The notes below the pieces were generated by a model that ran no database searches, had not been told where the DNA came from, and saw nothing but the letters and a program-made list of their open reading frames with translations. From positions 1 to 64,000 of the forward strand of contig CBFIJH010000002.1 of the NCBI GenBank assembly GCA_965662895.1: a DNA stretch of 64,000 nucleotides, in the 5' to 3' direction. Source of the DNA: Candidatus Poseidoniaceae archaeon (GTDB lineage: Archaea; Thermoplasmatota; Poseidoniia; Poseidoniales; Poseidoniaceae). The translations under genes and the position numbers were made by a program. Shown piece by piece: positions 8,016-18,570 of the stretch (positions within the stretch are counted from its first letter, which is position 1; each line of letters opens with the position of its first letter).

Positions 8016-10677
8016 TGTCCGCTCGCTCGGTCGATACATCGAACGATGCCAACGCATCTGCATACACTGCTGCCTCTACCTTACCATCACGAACGAGGGA
8101 AGAGAGTGCTGCGAGGGCAACGGCTTCACCATCGATTTCAAAGAAGCGACGTAGCGCAGGGCGGGTATCCGAACGGCCAAACCCATCCGTACCCAATACC
8201 GTATACGGCGCATGGACCCATTCGCGTATCATTTCTGGAACGGCCGCAACGTTATCGGAAACGGCAACAATCGGAGTGGAATCCTTGCCGAGTTGGTGTT
8301 CAACCCATGAGGATTTCATGGCCTCACTTGGATGCAAACGGTTCCACCTTGAAACCTCCATACCCTCACGACGAAGTTCACCATAGGAGGTAGCCGACCA
8401 AATTTCAGAACGCACACCAAACGTTTCCAATTTCTCAACTGCATCCAAGACTTGCAGCATAATTGGTCCCGAACCAATGAGGCGAACCATTGGACCATCT
8501 CCTTCTGGAGCGTTGCGCAGTTTGTACAGCCCTTTGAGTATCCCTTCTTCGCAATCCTTCGGTTTTGCAGGCATCGGATAGTTTTCATTGTAGACAGCGA
8601 GATAATACAACACGTCAACGTTTTTCTCATACATTTCAACAATACCGTTCTTGATGATGGTTGCCAATTCAAACGCGAAAGCAGGATCATAGGCTCGAAC
8701 CGCTGGATTCGAGTGTGCCATCAACAGAGAATGTCCATCCTGATGTTGCAACCCTTCTCCATTGAGTGTTGTTCGACCGGACGTGGCTCCAACAAGGAAA
8801 CCACGCGCCCTGGAATCCGCTGCAGACCAAATTAAGTCGGCAACACGCTGGAAACCGAACATGGAATAGAAGATGTAGAAGGGAATCGTTGGTGAACCCT
8901 GTGTTGCATAGGATGTTGCGGCTGCGATGAATGAAGAGAGCGCTCCCGCTTCGTTGATGCCTTCTTCAAGAATTTGTCCTTTTGCAGACTCTTTGTATTT
9001 CATCAGAACCTTGTGATCGACGGGTTTGTACAACTGACCCTCAGGGTGGTAGATTCCAAACTCTGCAAACAACGGGTCCATTCCAAAGGTCCGAGCTTCA
9101 TCGGGAATGAGTGGAACAACTCGTTCACCAAATCCTTTCGTCTTCATCAAGCCACGCATCAGGCGAACGAACGCCATCGTGGTCGAAACCTGTGAATTTC
9201 CTTTGGTCCCATCGTCAAAGTCCGCATAGACCGAATCTTCGGGAAGCGTCAGGCTCATCTCTGAAACTCGACGCTCTGGCATTGGACCTTTCATTGCCGT
9301 TCGTCGTTTCTTTGCATAGGCCACGACATCGGGAACATCGTTTGGTTGGATAAACGGAAGTTGTTCCAATTCCTCATCGGTGAAGTCCAGACCCATGGCG
9401 TCCCGAATCAATCGTAGATCGTTCTCATCTGCCTTTTTTCGCTGATGTGTCGTGTTTCGACCTGCAAAGGCTGGACCAAGTCCATATCCCTTGATTGTAC
9501 GAGCAAGAATGACAGTTGGTTGCCCTTTGTGCGCACAAGCAGAGGCATAGGCAGCGTGAATCTTGAGGAAATCATGACCACCGAGATCTTCAGTTAGGGC
9601 TTCGAGTTCTTCATCCGAATATTCAGCAACCATTGCTGTCAATTCCTCACCAGCAAACAATTCCTTTCGAATGACAGCTCCTTCAGCAGTGAACAGACGT
9701 TGTTCATCCCCGTCAACAAGATCGGCAAGCCGCTTGGCTAGTTTGCCACCCGTATCCTTTGCAAACAAGGCGTCCCATGATGAGCCCCACAAGACCTTGA
9801 TGACATTCCAGCCAGCACCACGGAATCGTCCTTCCAGTTCTTGGACAATTTTCGAATTCCCGCGAACTGGACCGTCAAGTCGTTGAAGATTGCAGTTCAT
9901 GACCATAACGATGTTGTCCAATCCTTCGCGGGCAGCAAGCGCTAACTCCGAAAGCGATTCAGGTTCGTCGGATTCACCATCGCCCATCGTGTACCAGACA
10001 CGCGACAAGGTGGTATCGACAAGTCCGCGATGGTGGAGGTAACGATTGAATCGAGCTTGGTGAATGGCGGTCATAGCTCCAAGACCCATTGAAACACTTG
10101 GATATTCCCAGAAATCTGGCATCAATCGTGGATGAGGGTATGAGGACAGTCCTTCGCCACCAACTTCTTGTCGGAAATTGTGGATGTTTTCATCGGAAAA
10201 CCGGCCTTCAAGCCAAGCACGGGCATAGATTCCTGGCGAGGCGTGTCCTTGCCAATACACGTGATCGCCCCATCCATCTCCATCCTTCCCTCGATAGAAA
10301 TGGTTGAGGCCAACCTCCCACAAATGCGATGCTGATGCATAGGTCGAGATATGGCCACCAATTCCGTCAACGTACTTGTTCGCCCGTGTAACCATCATCA
10401 TGGCGTTCCATCGATTGATGGTATGAAGTCGCTTTTCCATCTCCAAATCGCCGGGGTAGGAACCTTGCATATCTGGAGCAATCGTGTTGAGGTACGGAGT
10501 CGTTGTCGTATCGATATCGAGACCTGCTTCAGCACCGGCAGCAATCGCACTGTGAAGCAATCGTTCTGCTCGTTGAGTCCCTTGTTGTTCAACAACTTCT
10601 GTGACGGAAACTTCCCATTCATGGGTTTGAACAGGGTCCTCGTCTGGCAAAGAGTTGTGAGCGCCGGCACGTCGCAC
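8002..10677 (-). CDS. aceE: Pyruvate dehydrogenase E1, homodimeric (AceE type)
   Basis: GGHISTYAS, QGHASPGIYARA, SSYPHP, GDGESDEPES, NCNLQRLDGPVRGN, PDEARTFGM and GEGLQHQDG. GTG start at 10677 follows GGAGGG. Confidence 0.96.
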   Translation of the reverse strand: MRRAGAHNSLPDEDPVQTHEWEVSVTEVVEQQGTQRAERLLHSAIAAGAEAGLDIDTTTTPYLNTIAPDMQGSYPGDLEMEKRLHTINRWNAMMMVTRANKYVDGIGGHISTYASASHLWEVGLNHFYRGKDGDGWGDHVYWQGHASPGIYARAWLEGRFSDENIHNFRQEVGGEGLSSYPHPRLMPDFWEYPSVSMGLGAMTAIHQARFNRYLHHRGLVDTTLSRVWYTMGDGESDEPESLSELALAAREGLDNIVMVMNCNLQRLDGPVRGNSKIVQELEGRFRGAGWNVIKVLWGSSWDALFAKDTGGKLAKRLADLVDGDEQRLFTAEGAVIRKELFAGEELTAMVAEYSDEELEALTEDLGGHDFLKIHAAYASACAHKGQPTVILARTIKGYGLGPAFAGRNTTHQRKKADENDLRLIRDAMGLDFTDEELEQLPFIQPNDVPDVVAYAKKRRTAMKGPMPERRVSEMSLTLPEDSVYADFDDGTKGNSQVSTTMAFVRLMRGLMKTKGFGERVVPLIPDEARTFGMDPLFAEFGIYHPEGQLYKPVDHKVLMKYKESAKGQILEEGINEAGALSSFIAAATSYATQGSPTIPFYIFYSMFGFQRVADLIWSAADSRARGFLVGATSGRTTLNGEGLQHQDGHSLLMAHSNPAVRAYDPAFAFELATIIKNGIVEMYEKNVDVLYYLAVYNENYPMPAKPKDCEEGILKGLYKLRNAPEGDGPMVRLIGSGPIMLQVLDAVEKLETFGVRSEIWSATSYGELRREGMEVSRWNRLHPSEAMKSSWVEHQLGKDSTPIVAVSDNVAAVPEMIREWVHAPYTVLGTDGFGRSDTRPALRRFFEIDGEAVALAALSSLVRDGKVEAAVYADALASFDVSTERADITSL

Positions 10678-10732
10678 CTTAGTCCCTCCAGTACAACCCT
10701 CGAGTACGCATGACTTGAACCCCTCGCTGTCA

Positions 10733-12238
10733 TCAAACTGCCCGATAGACCATCCATTCGCCTCCACCATTCAGGAATGGAGCCTCTCCTGATGCCATCT
10801 TTTCCCAACCGGTTGGAACGTCGATAGCGATGTCAGGGGCAACGACAACATAAGCGACTTCGCTCAAGTCACCACGATTCTGGATGTGTTGGCCCTGCAG
10901 TTCAAGCTCCCAATTGCTTTCAGGTGCTCGCCAGTGACCGGTGATGTCCCGATCACCTTGTGGATCGAGTTCCAGCCTGAAGGTGTAAAGCCAATGCATT
11001 GCAAGGGCTTCGTTATCAATGTAGAGGAAATCCTGCCCAACCTCGATATCATCCGAAAACGAGCGTGCTGCATCATCCGTCCACATCGTTTGTCCATGCA
11101 TACCTGCAAGCATCGAGAGCGGTAGAACAATCAAAACAGCAAGCATTCGTGACCTGTCCAAAGCCAGTGATCTTCCTTCCAAGCTGCGATGGACAAGGAG
11201 CAAGAGCGGGAATGCAAGAGCGGTCAAATAGCGTCCATTGTTCCCCATGAGAATCATATTTTTCCAAAGAGGGAGATTCCAACGATCTGCCTCATAGACC
11301 CAAAGCGAGGCCATCCACATGGACATAACAATCGTTCCTGAAACAACAAAGACAATCATGAAGACGTTTTCGTTGTTGGTTGCTTTTCTTGATTGAGAAA
11401 GGAGATCTTGAAGAAAAGGCCAGCAACACAAACCAACAAGCAAGTAGAGGACAAATCCATCGAGGAAAGCAGCGAAAAAGGCCAACGTCCATTCCATTGA
11501 ATGCGTTCGAATCGTACCTAGGGAACCTCCATTGGAAAAAGATGCAAGAATCATTGCAAGCAAGACAACGGGAATTGAAACAGAAAGTCCCATCAAGTGG
11601 TGACGCGAATACAAACGAAATTTTGGAACGGTTCGGTCGAGAGTAATCCATGCAAAGAAGACAGCAATCAACCCCCAACCAATCATGGATGGCAATCCTT
11701 TGACGAGGATTAACAGATGGATGCTTGCAACCGAGAGAAGAATCCATTGAAGCACTGACCATCCTTTTTGTTTGAAGAGGAACAACGATGAGAAGACGAT
11801 TCCTGCAACTGCAAGTGCAACAGTCGATTCGGGATACAGCCGACCGGTAGCAAAAATGAACGATGGATGGATTGCAAGCAAGGCAGCAAGTTGTGGCTGC
11901 CCCCTTGTCATGACAAGAACCAGTGCAAGCAATGCAAGCATCGGTAAAAATGCTGCAAATGGAAGCAACCATGCTGGGTAAAGTTCGAGAATTTGCCACC
12001 ATCCACGCTCAAGAATTTGAACATCTTCTGGATTGCTTGCGGAAGGATCGTCGGGCCGTACATCCCCCCACTCAAGATTCGCAATCCCGTCTTCATTTGA
12101 TTCGATTGCTGCAAGATGAAGATGCGTGTCAAGACCATAATCGCTTGATGCAATGGATGACAGGTGGAGAAGAAGTCCAAGAATGAGCAAGCCCCACCAC
12201 AAGCGATTGTGGCTGGCGTTCTCCTCGCTCATGACCAC
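10733..12238 (-). CDS. Polytopic membrane protein, possibly a GT-C-type glycosyltransferase
   Basis: About 11-12 hydrophobic segments, an N-terminal loop with D-x-H, a GRY motif after the late helices, and a soluble C-terminal domain. Family assignment is tentative. Confidence 0.6.
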   Translation of the reverse strand: MVMSEENASHNRLWWGLLILGLLLHLSSIASSDYGLDTHLHLAAIESNEDGIANLEWGDVRPDDPSASNPEDVQILERGWWQILELYPAWLLPFAAFLPMLALLALVLVMTRGQPQLAALLAIHPSFIFATGRLYPESTVALAVAGIVFSSLFLFKQKGWSVLQWILLSVASIHLLILVKGLPSMIGWGLIAVFFAWITLDRTVPKFRLYSRHHLMGLSVSIPVVLLAMILASFSNGGSLGTIRTHSMEWTLAFFAAFLDGFVLYLLVGLCCWPFLQDLLSQSRKATNNENVFMIVFVVSGTIVMSMWMASLWVYEADRWNLPLWKNMILMGNNGRYLTALAFPLLLLVHRSLEGRSLALDRSRMLAVLIVLPLSMLAGMHGQTMWTDDAARSFSDDIEVGQDFLYIDNEALAMHWLYTFRLELDPQGDRDITGHWRAPESNWELELQGQHIQNRGDLSEVAYVVVAPDIAIDVPTGWEKMASGEAPFLNGGGEWMVYRAV

Positions 12239-12284
12239 AAAGCAAGAGGGTGGGGTTCAACTCTTTCGGATGTCTGGAGGTGTC

Positions 12285-13319
12285 ATGAGCGGAATCTTGG
12301 ATGGAATCAATGTTCTCGATTTGTCCCGAATCTTAGCCGGACCTTACACTGCACAAATGCTCTCTGATTTAGGGGCAAACGTCACCAAAATTGAAGCCCC
12401 ATGGGGCGATGATACACGAACTTGGGGGCCGCCCTTTGCAACGGACTTTGATGGAAAAAGAGTTGCAGCATACTTCCTTTGTTGCAATCGCGGGAAGTCA
12501 ATTCTGCAAATGAACCTCAAAGAAGAAACTGAAGAATTACGCAAGTTGATCGAGTGGGCCGATGTCGTTGTTGAGAATTTCAAACCGGGTACGCTTCAAC
12601 GGCTTATCGGCGATTTGCCAAACGATACGATTGTCTGCTCGATTTCAGGATACGGTGCAACTGGACCTCGTCGAGATGAACCTGGTTACGACCTTGCACT
12701 TCAAGCACGTAGCGGAATCATGAGCATCACTGGAGAAGCTGATGGTCCACCCGTCAAAGTCGGCGTAGCATGGATTGATATCATCACTGGACTTTACGCT
12801 GGAAATGCAATCCTTGCGGCACTCCTCGATCGTGAACGTACAGGGACAATTCGCCACATCGATGTCAGCCTCTGGGATTGCGCCGTGGCATCCCTTGCCA
12901 ATCAAGCACAAAACGTCTTGGCCAGTGGCGTTGATCCCTTGCGAATGGGCTCAGCGCATCCGAATCTCGTCCCGTATCGAGCCTTTGAAGCGAAAGACGG
13001 GTGGTTCGTTGTTGCTGTTGGTTCGGATACACAGTGGGCGAAATTCTGCTCCATCTCTGGAATTCCTCAAACAAAGGAATGGCAGACCAATGCCGGACGG
13101 ATCGAACATCGAGAAGCAATTGAAACGAGAATACAAGAATGGGTCCAAGAGCACACTCGAGAAGCATTGGAAGGCATCTTGGAAGGCATTCCATGTTCTC
13201 CAATCAACACCGTTTCTGAAGCACTTTCTGATGTGCAAAGCGTTGCTCGAGGAGCGCTTTTTGAGGAAAATGGCGTGACGACACTTGCAAGTCCACTTCG
13301 ATTTATGCAATCTCAATGA
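12285..13319 (+). CDS. CoA-transferase family III (CaiB/BaiF)
   Basis: VLDLSRILAGP, GDDTRTWGPP, NRGKS, ADVVVENFKPG and PGYDLALQA; GGAGGTG RBS. Confidence 0.93.
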   Translation: MSGILDGINVLDLSRILAGPYTAQMLSDLGANVTKIEAPWGDDTRTWGPPFATDFDGKRVAAYFLCCNRGKSILQMNLKEETEELRKLIEWADVVVENFKPGTLQRLIGDLPNDTIVCSISGYGATGPRRDEPGYDLALQARSGIMSITGEADGPPVKVGVAWIDIITGLYAGNAILAALLDRERTGTIRHIDVSLWDCAVASLANQAQNVLASGVDPLRMGSAHPNLVPYRAFEAKDGWFVVAVGSDTQWAKFCSISGIPQTKEWQTNAGRIEHREAIETRIQEWVQEHTREALEGILEGIPCSPINTVSEALSDVQSVARGALFEENGVTTLASPLRFMQSQ

Positions 13320-13433
13320 ATTCTGTTCACGAACAATATTCTTGGATTGAAATCTCAAAACCTGTGCATTGTTCGCATGATGTTTCAACAGAACAGGGAA
13401 TGGCTAATGTAGCAAAGACGAGCCATTCGCATC

Positions 13434-14582
13434 ATGGAACCTTCGGATGGGGATACGCCTCTGAAGGTTCTACTTGTTCACGTCTGGTATTGGCCCCACA
13501 TCGGAGGCGGGAATCAGCACGTCGAACACATTGCACGACAATTGGTGGCACGTGGACACAAAGCGACCGTGTGGTGTGCGGACATCCCCGAGCATTCAGA
13601 AAAGCGGTTTGTTCGAGGTGGAGTGGAAGTCATTCGCCTTCCTCCAACGCGAGTTTTGGGCGGCATTGATCCGATCGTTTCCATCAAAGATCTTGACATG
13701 GATTTTGATATCGTTCATCTCCATGATACCTTACCTGTGTTGATACGTCGTTCAGTCAAACGTGCTCGAAAAGAAGGAGTTCCTGTTGTTACGACCTTCC
13801 ACAACGATTACATCAAAACCACCCTCTTCGGAAAGATTCTGAAACACCTACGTTGGGTGCTGCAAGGTCGAAAAACACTGCATGCATCAAATGCTCGCAT
13901 TGCATTAACACCGTATTACGCACGCCATCTCGAAGGGAGAGGCGTTCGACAACCAATCGATGTTTTACCAAATGGATTTGAGCCGGTGGCTGAAGATGCG
14001 ACTCGTCCTTCCACGCTCCCCCCGGATTCTGAAACACAGCCACTTCTGGTCTTTGTTGGGCGACTAAGCGAACAAAAAGGACTGGATGTCCTAATGGACG
14101 CCTGGGATTTACTCTGCGAAACAGGCGAGCCTCAGGCACGTCTTGCTATTGCAGGAAGCGGTGAGTTGGACCAGTGGCTAAACGAACGAATTGCTACCTC
14201 GACCTATCCCGATTCCATCGCAAAATTAGGGCGAGTTAACGATTCGGAAAAACGCTGGCTCTTCGAGCAAGCGAAAGGCGTCTTGATCCCGTCTCGATTT
14301 GAAGGACTCCCGACTGTTCTGCTCGAAGCCATGCATGCAGGAGCGCCAACCGTCATGGCAGATGTCAATGATTTGGGGCGTTTGGTGACAGAACCAAATG
14401 CAGGAATATCGGTAACTCCTGGTGACGCCAAAAGCCTCCTTGATGCAATGATTGCCTTGCTTGAAGCCAATGATGAACAAATCAAAACGTGGTCCACAAA
14501 CGGGCAAAAGGCTTCCAAACCCTACCTTTGGTCAAACGTGGTCGATGATTTGCTCGAAGTCTACATGCGGGTGAGGACATGA
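13434..14582 (+). CDS. Glycosyltransferase family 4
   Basis: PHIGGG, FVGRLSEQKG and PSRFEGLPTVLLEAM. Confidence 0.92.
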   Translation: MEPSDGDTPLKVLLVHVWYWPHIGGGNQHVEHIARQLVARGHKATVWCADIPEHSEKRFVRGGVEVIRLPPTRVLGGIDPIVSIKDLDMDFDIVHLHDTLPVLIRRSVKRARKEGVPVVTTFHNDYIKTTLFGKILKHLRWVLQGRKTLHASNARIALTPYYARHLEGRGVRQPIDVLPNGFEPVAEDATRPSTLPPDSETQPLLVFVGRLSEQKGLDVLMDAWDLLCETGEPQARLAIAGSGELDQWLNERIATSTYPDSIAKLGRVNDSEKRWLFEQAKGVLIPSRFEGLPTVLLEAMHAGAPTVMADVNDLGRLVTEPNAGISVTPGDAKSLLDAMIALLEANDEQIKTWSTNGQKASKPYLWSNVVDDLLEVYMRVRT

Positions 14583-15916
14583 GCAAACCTCGTCTTGTCA
14601 TCCTGCACCGGAATATGGGATTGCTGGGCGGAGCGCAGCGTGACCTCATCGTTGCATTACCAGAGCATGCAAAACGTTGGGCCATTACTCTGGCAACCCT
14701 GAACGCTCCGCAACTTCTGCTCGATCAATGCAAGCAACTCGATATTCAAGTCATCACACCGGATACACCATGGCAACGACCGACCGGAATGGTTGCTGAA
14801 GTGACTGCTCGTGGGAGCCGATCTGCACGCAAAGCGTGGCGGAAGTTACGAACCAAATTGCAATCCGCATTTGATGCAGCAGATGCATGTTACGTCATGC
14901 TTAGCACGGGTGGGATAGAAGTTCTCGATATTCTTCCATCCGATTGCCCATTGTTCGTTTACGCTCATGAGAGGAACAAAGGCATCTACGATGATGTGGA
15001 TCAACGCGATATGGATGGCAAATTACGCTATCCATTGTTCATCAAAAACTTGGCTCTGACCTATCCGCGTCTGTGGAGCCAGCGTTGGCATAAACGACTG
15101 TGGAAGCGCCCAAAAACTGCTGTTTCAGCAAACACTCCTACCAGTTCTCGCTTGCTTGCAATCTCCCATAACTGGCCAACGAGCAGCGATTGGATTGCTG
15201 GGAAGGTCGCATTCCGTGACGAACACCAACGTCCGGCAGAAGTTGGTGTTCTCTGGCCGGCCATTGACCCTACAAAATGGCCTGAAGAAGAAACGGAACA
15301 AGAACGCAAAGCCTGGGAAGATGTTATCGACAAACCTGCTGGCCCATATTTGCTCACCATTGGTCGTGCTTGCTTCATGAAAGGCAGCAAGGAAGCAGTG
15401 CAGATTGCAGCTGCAGCATCACTCCCACTGGTTCATGTTGGAGGAGGTGAAACCGAAGAAATGCAACGTCAAGCGAAGAGATTTGGTGCTGATATAATCG
15501 TCATGCCTCGGCTTGATGAATTGCAAATCGTAGCATTGATGCGGAATGCCCACGCATTGCTTGCAACTGCTCGAACCGAAGGATTCGGCCTAACACCTCT
15601 GGAGGCTGCTATGGTCGGAACGCCTGCTCTGGTCGTCAACGATTGTGGATTTACACATACCATTACCGATGGATTCAACGGCCGACGATTGCCTTGGCCG
15701 GATTCGGACGAACATCTCAAGCAATGGGTTGAAGCCGTTGAACAAGCAGGGGATGAAGCCAATCGTCTCGCCTGGGCAAAAGCTGGTCGGGAACGGATTC
15801 TGAAGCGTTTTACAGCAAAGCATCAGGCTGAAGGATTGGCTCGAAGTCTTGCAGCGATGGGTGTTGACGTTGAAACAACCGACCTCGACATGTTACCAGG
15901 ACTCGACCCTGCCTAA
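14579..15916 (+). CDS. Glycosyltransferase family 4 (divergent, ALG2-like N-terminus)
   Basis: HRNMGLLGGAQR, IGRACFMKG and EGFGLTPLEAAMVGTP; ATGA overlap with the upstream GT. Confidence 0.85.
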   Translation: MSKPRLVILHRNMGLLGGAQRDLIVALPEHAKRWAITLATLNAPQLLLDQCKQLDIQVITPDTPWQRPTGMVAEVTARGSRSARKAWRKLRTKLQSAFDAADACYVMLSTGGIEVLDILPSDCPLFVYAHERNKGIYDDVDQRDMDGKLRYPLFIKNLALTYPRLWSQRWHKRLWKRPKTAVSANTPTSSRLLAISHNWPTSSDWIAGKVAFRDEHQRPAEVGVLWPAIDPTKWPEEETEQERKAWEDVIDKPAGPYLLTIGRACFMKGSKEAVQIAAAASLPLVHVGGGETEEMQRQAKRFGADIIVMPRLDELQIVALMRNAHALLATARTEGFGLTPLEAAMVGTPALVVNDCGFTHTITDGFNGRRLPWPDSDEHLKQWVEAVEQAGDEANRLAWAKAGRERILKRFTAKHQAEGLARSLAAMGVDVETTDLDMLPGLDPA

Positions 15917-15918
15917 TC

Positions 15919-16947
15919 TCAAAATGAGAACAGGGAAGTTTGTCCACCTTCACGAATGAGGTTTCCCTTCCTCAATTTCGTCAGTGCTTCATCGATACGC
16001 CGTTGACTGAACTCACGTTCCTCTTGAAGAAACTGAATCAGCCCCTTGACATCCACTTGGCCGGGTTGAAGTGCCTCGTCTGCTACATTGTTTGATGGAT
16101 GGTTGAGGAAGATTTCTCGTATTTCGTCCAACCGTTCTGGAATTTCTTTCCCTTTCTCTTCACAGATTGCTTCGATTGTTCCCAATGATTTGATGAGTTT
16201 GATTCCGGTTTTCGGGCCAATCCCTTTCAATCCTGGATGGAAGTCCGTTCCGATCATGATGGCCAAATCGACGAGTTGTTCACGTGACAGGTCGTGTTCA
16301 GCGAGCATTTCCGATAGGATGATTTTCTGAGCACGAACGGTTCGCCCATGTCGCTTACTTCCATCGCTCATCAGGTTTCGAACAAGAACTGGACTTCCAT
16401 ACAGCAACGCATCCCAGTCTTGTGTTGCAACGACATCGAGTTGCCCTTTAACAGCCATCACTGCAGCCTGGCCTTCGCCTTCTGCAGCAGCATCGACCCA
16501 TCGTACACCGAGAAGATCCAGCATTTGTTTGGTATCCTCGACCATCTCTGGGCTGTAGTGAACGATGCGTTGCGCCATCTTCTGGGCAGTTTGGTAATCG
16601 CCGTCTTCTAACGCTTGTTTGTGAGCGGCTTCGGCCTCCAGGCGACGAGCCCTTCGTGCTGCAAGTTCATCGGCCTTTAGTTCGGGTGCTGGACCGTCGA
16701 AGATGAAGACCGGTTGAATTCCAAGCGAGAGCATGGTTGTTGTTCTCGTTAAGATTCCCATCAAGTGAGCCACCGTACGGCCTTTGGAATCCCGTAGTGG
16801 ACCTCCATCGCCGGTTGGTGAGCGGTCTCGTATCGTTGTGAGAAATTGAAAAGCCGTCAAGAAAGCATCAATACCAACGCGCTTTCCCTTAAGCTCTGCA
16901 AGATTGATGTCTTCCGCGGTCGCTAAGTCTCGTAAGTTGCAGCCCAT
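15919..16947 (-). CDS. fen: Flap endonuclease 1
   Basis: IDAFLTAFQFLTTIR, FIFDG, EGEGQAA, QDWDALLYG, GTDFHPGLKGIGPKT and a C-terminal PIP box QTSLFSF. Confidence 0.96.
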   Translation of the reverse strand: MGCNLRDLATAEDINLAELKGKRVGIDAFLTAFQFLTTIRDRSPTGDGGPLRDSKGRTVAHLMGILTRTTTMLSLGIQPVFIFDGPAPELKADELAARRARRLEAEAAHKQALEDGDYQTAQKMAQRIVHYSPEMVEDTKQMLDLLGVRWVDAAAEGEGQAAVMAVKGQLDVVATQDWDALLYGSPVLVRNLMSDGSKRHGRTVRAQKIILSEMLAEHDLSREQLVDLAIMIGTDFHPGLKGIGPKTGIKLIKSLGTIEAICEEKGKEIPERLDEIREIFLNHPSNNVADEALQPGQVDVKGLIQFLQEEREFSQRRIDEALTKLRKGNLIREGGQTSLFSF

Positions 16948-17023
16948 GTCCAATCGTTAGGGCCGAGAGTATGTCATGGTTCGCATGCGGTGGCGTGAAG
17001 AACCAGCGGCAGTAGGCAAGTGC

Positions 17024-18139
17024 ATGGGCGAGTGCATCGTTTCCTTACGAGGGTGGCATCCTGCCCTTGCTCAGGCTGAACTCGTTGCTCTTTTTCCCAA
17101 TGCTGAAGTCCGACCGTTATCATCACCTCGACTTGCTCGATTGGCCTGCACCAAGCATGCTCCTGAATTGTCAATTTCTTCGGGAATTGAAGCCGTCTTT
17201 TTGAGCGGAATCAACATCGATTGGAACGATGAAGCTTCGTTGATGCTCGAAGTCCGAAACTACCTTGAATTGCATCCACATGAGAACCAACCTTGCGCTG
17301 TTCATGCTTGGAAACATGGCCAGGGAATTGAAGGCTGCTCCCGGACAAAACTTGCTGGGAAAATTGGTGGCATATTTACGCAAATGGGAGCAACCATCAA
17401 CCTCGAAAATCCGGTAAAATCCTTCGGTTTGTTGCTTGATGAGCATTCGCATAGCGTCACATTTGGATGGCTGTTAAATCACGGTCCGAAGAGCGATTCA
17501 AGCATTGAACGACGAGCAAGTCGACGCCCTTTCTTCAAACCGGTGAGTTTGGAGCCACGACTTGCGCGACTCGCCGTCAACCTAGCATGTGGACCACTTT
17601 CATCCGGAGCATGTCTTGACCCGATGACTGGGACCGGTGGTTTCACCATCGAAGCCATCTTGAGCGGGCGAAATGCAGTTGCGATGGATCTCGATAACGA
17701 AATGCTTCGAGGGGCAAGGAAGAATCTTGAATGGGTTGGTTCGCAATTGAATCCGTTTGTACTCGGTGATGCGACAGCTATCAAAAAGTCACTTCCGGAT
17801 GGAGTGGAAACCTTTGCCGGGGTGGTTCTCGACCCTCCTTACGGACGAAATTCTCAGGGTTCAATCAATCACCATGATCTTCTGCAAGAAACGCTCTCAA
17901 GTGCAGCTGACGTCGTTGAAGGTGGTCTTGCATTAATTCTTCCAACAGAGCCTCGTTCAGAGTTGTTGACTCGCTCACTTCGCGATGATGAACGTCCGAC
18001 GCTCAAGCACTACACGTGGAGTCAATTGGAAGAGATGCTCGAAAGAAGCGGTTGGTTGTATCAGAATGCTTGGTACGTTGCAGTTCATCGCTCTCTTGGG
18101 CGAGTCATCGTTTCCGCAGCAAACGTTCCTCAAGATTGA
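17024..18139 (+). CDS. tRNA (guanine-10-N2)-methyltransferase, Trm11/TrmG10-like
   Basis: RPFFKPVSLEPRLARLAVNL, LDPMTGTGG, DPPYGR and VHRSLGR. Confidence 0.88.
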   Translation: MGECIVSLRGWHPALAQAELVALFPNAEVRPLSSPRLARLACTKHAPELSISSGIEAVFLSGINIDWNDEASLMLEVRNYLELHPHENQPCAVHAWKHGQGIEGCSRTKLAGKIGGIFTQMGATINLENPVKSFGLLLDEHSHSVTFGWLLNHGPKSDSSIERRASRRPFFKPVSLEPRLARLAVNLACGPLSSGACLDPMTGTGGFTIEAILSGRNAVAMDLDNEMLRGARKNLEWVGSQLNPFVLGDATAIKKSLPDGVETFAGVVLDPPYGRNSQGSINHHDLLQETLSSAADVVEGGLALILPTEPRSELLTRSLRDDERPTLKHYTWSQLEEMLERSGWLYQNAWYVAVHRSLGRVIVSAANVPQD

Positions 18140-18509
18140 GCAATTCAATGGCATCGGATTCACTCGGCTGAGGGAAATCTTGTCGATGTGGGCAACCCGA
18201 ATCCAAAATCGCCTGATCATCCGAATTCAGAACCACGGGATATTTTCTGCAGCCTTCTGGCCGAACATCGTAAACCGAACAAATCCCTTCAGCATGAACA
18301 TCCGGACTCGAAGTCAAGAGAAAAACGCAAGCACGCGTTTTCTCGTCGTTCAGCAGTGTAAGGATTCCATTGTTTTCCCATGTGAAAGATTCGAGAGCCA
18401 TCCCCGTCCTGCGTGAGAGCCGTTTCGCTTCAGCCTCAGTCAGCGGCATGGTCGTTTCACGACAACACGCTGAGCAACCCGTCGGAATGCAGGGGAGTTG
18501 CTTGACCAT
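18105..18509 (-). CDS. YkgJ family cysteine-cluster protein
   Basis: CxxxxCSACC...CVFL...CSVYDVRPEGCRKYP. Confidence 0.88.
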   Translation of the reverse strand: MVKQLPCIPTGCSACCRETTMPLTEAEAKRLSRRTGMALESFTWENNGILTLLNDEKTRACVFLLTSSPDVHAEGICSVYDVRPEGCRKYPVVLNSDDQAILDSGCPHRQDFPQPSESDAIELLNLEERLLRKR

Positions 18510-18570
18510 ATCCGTTACCAGAATAGGCCTGCATTTGAACCTCGTTGAAGATTCTCGGGCCAGGAGTCGT

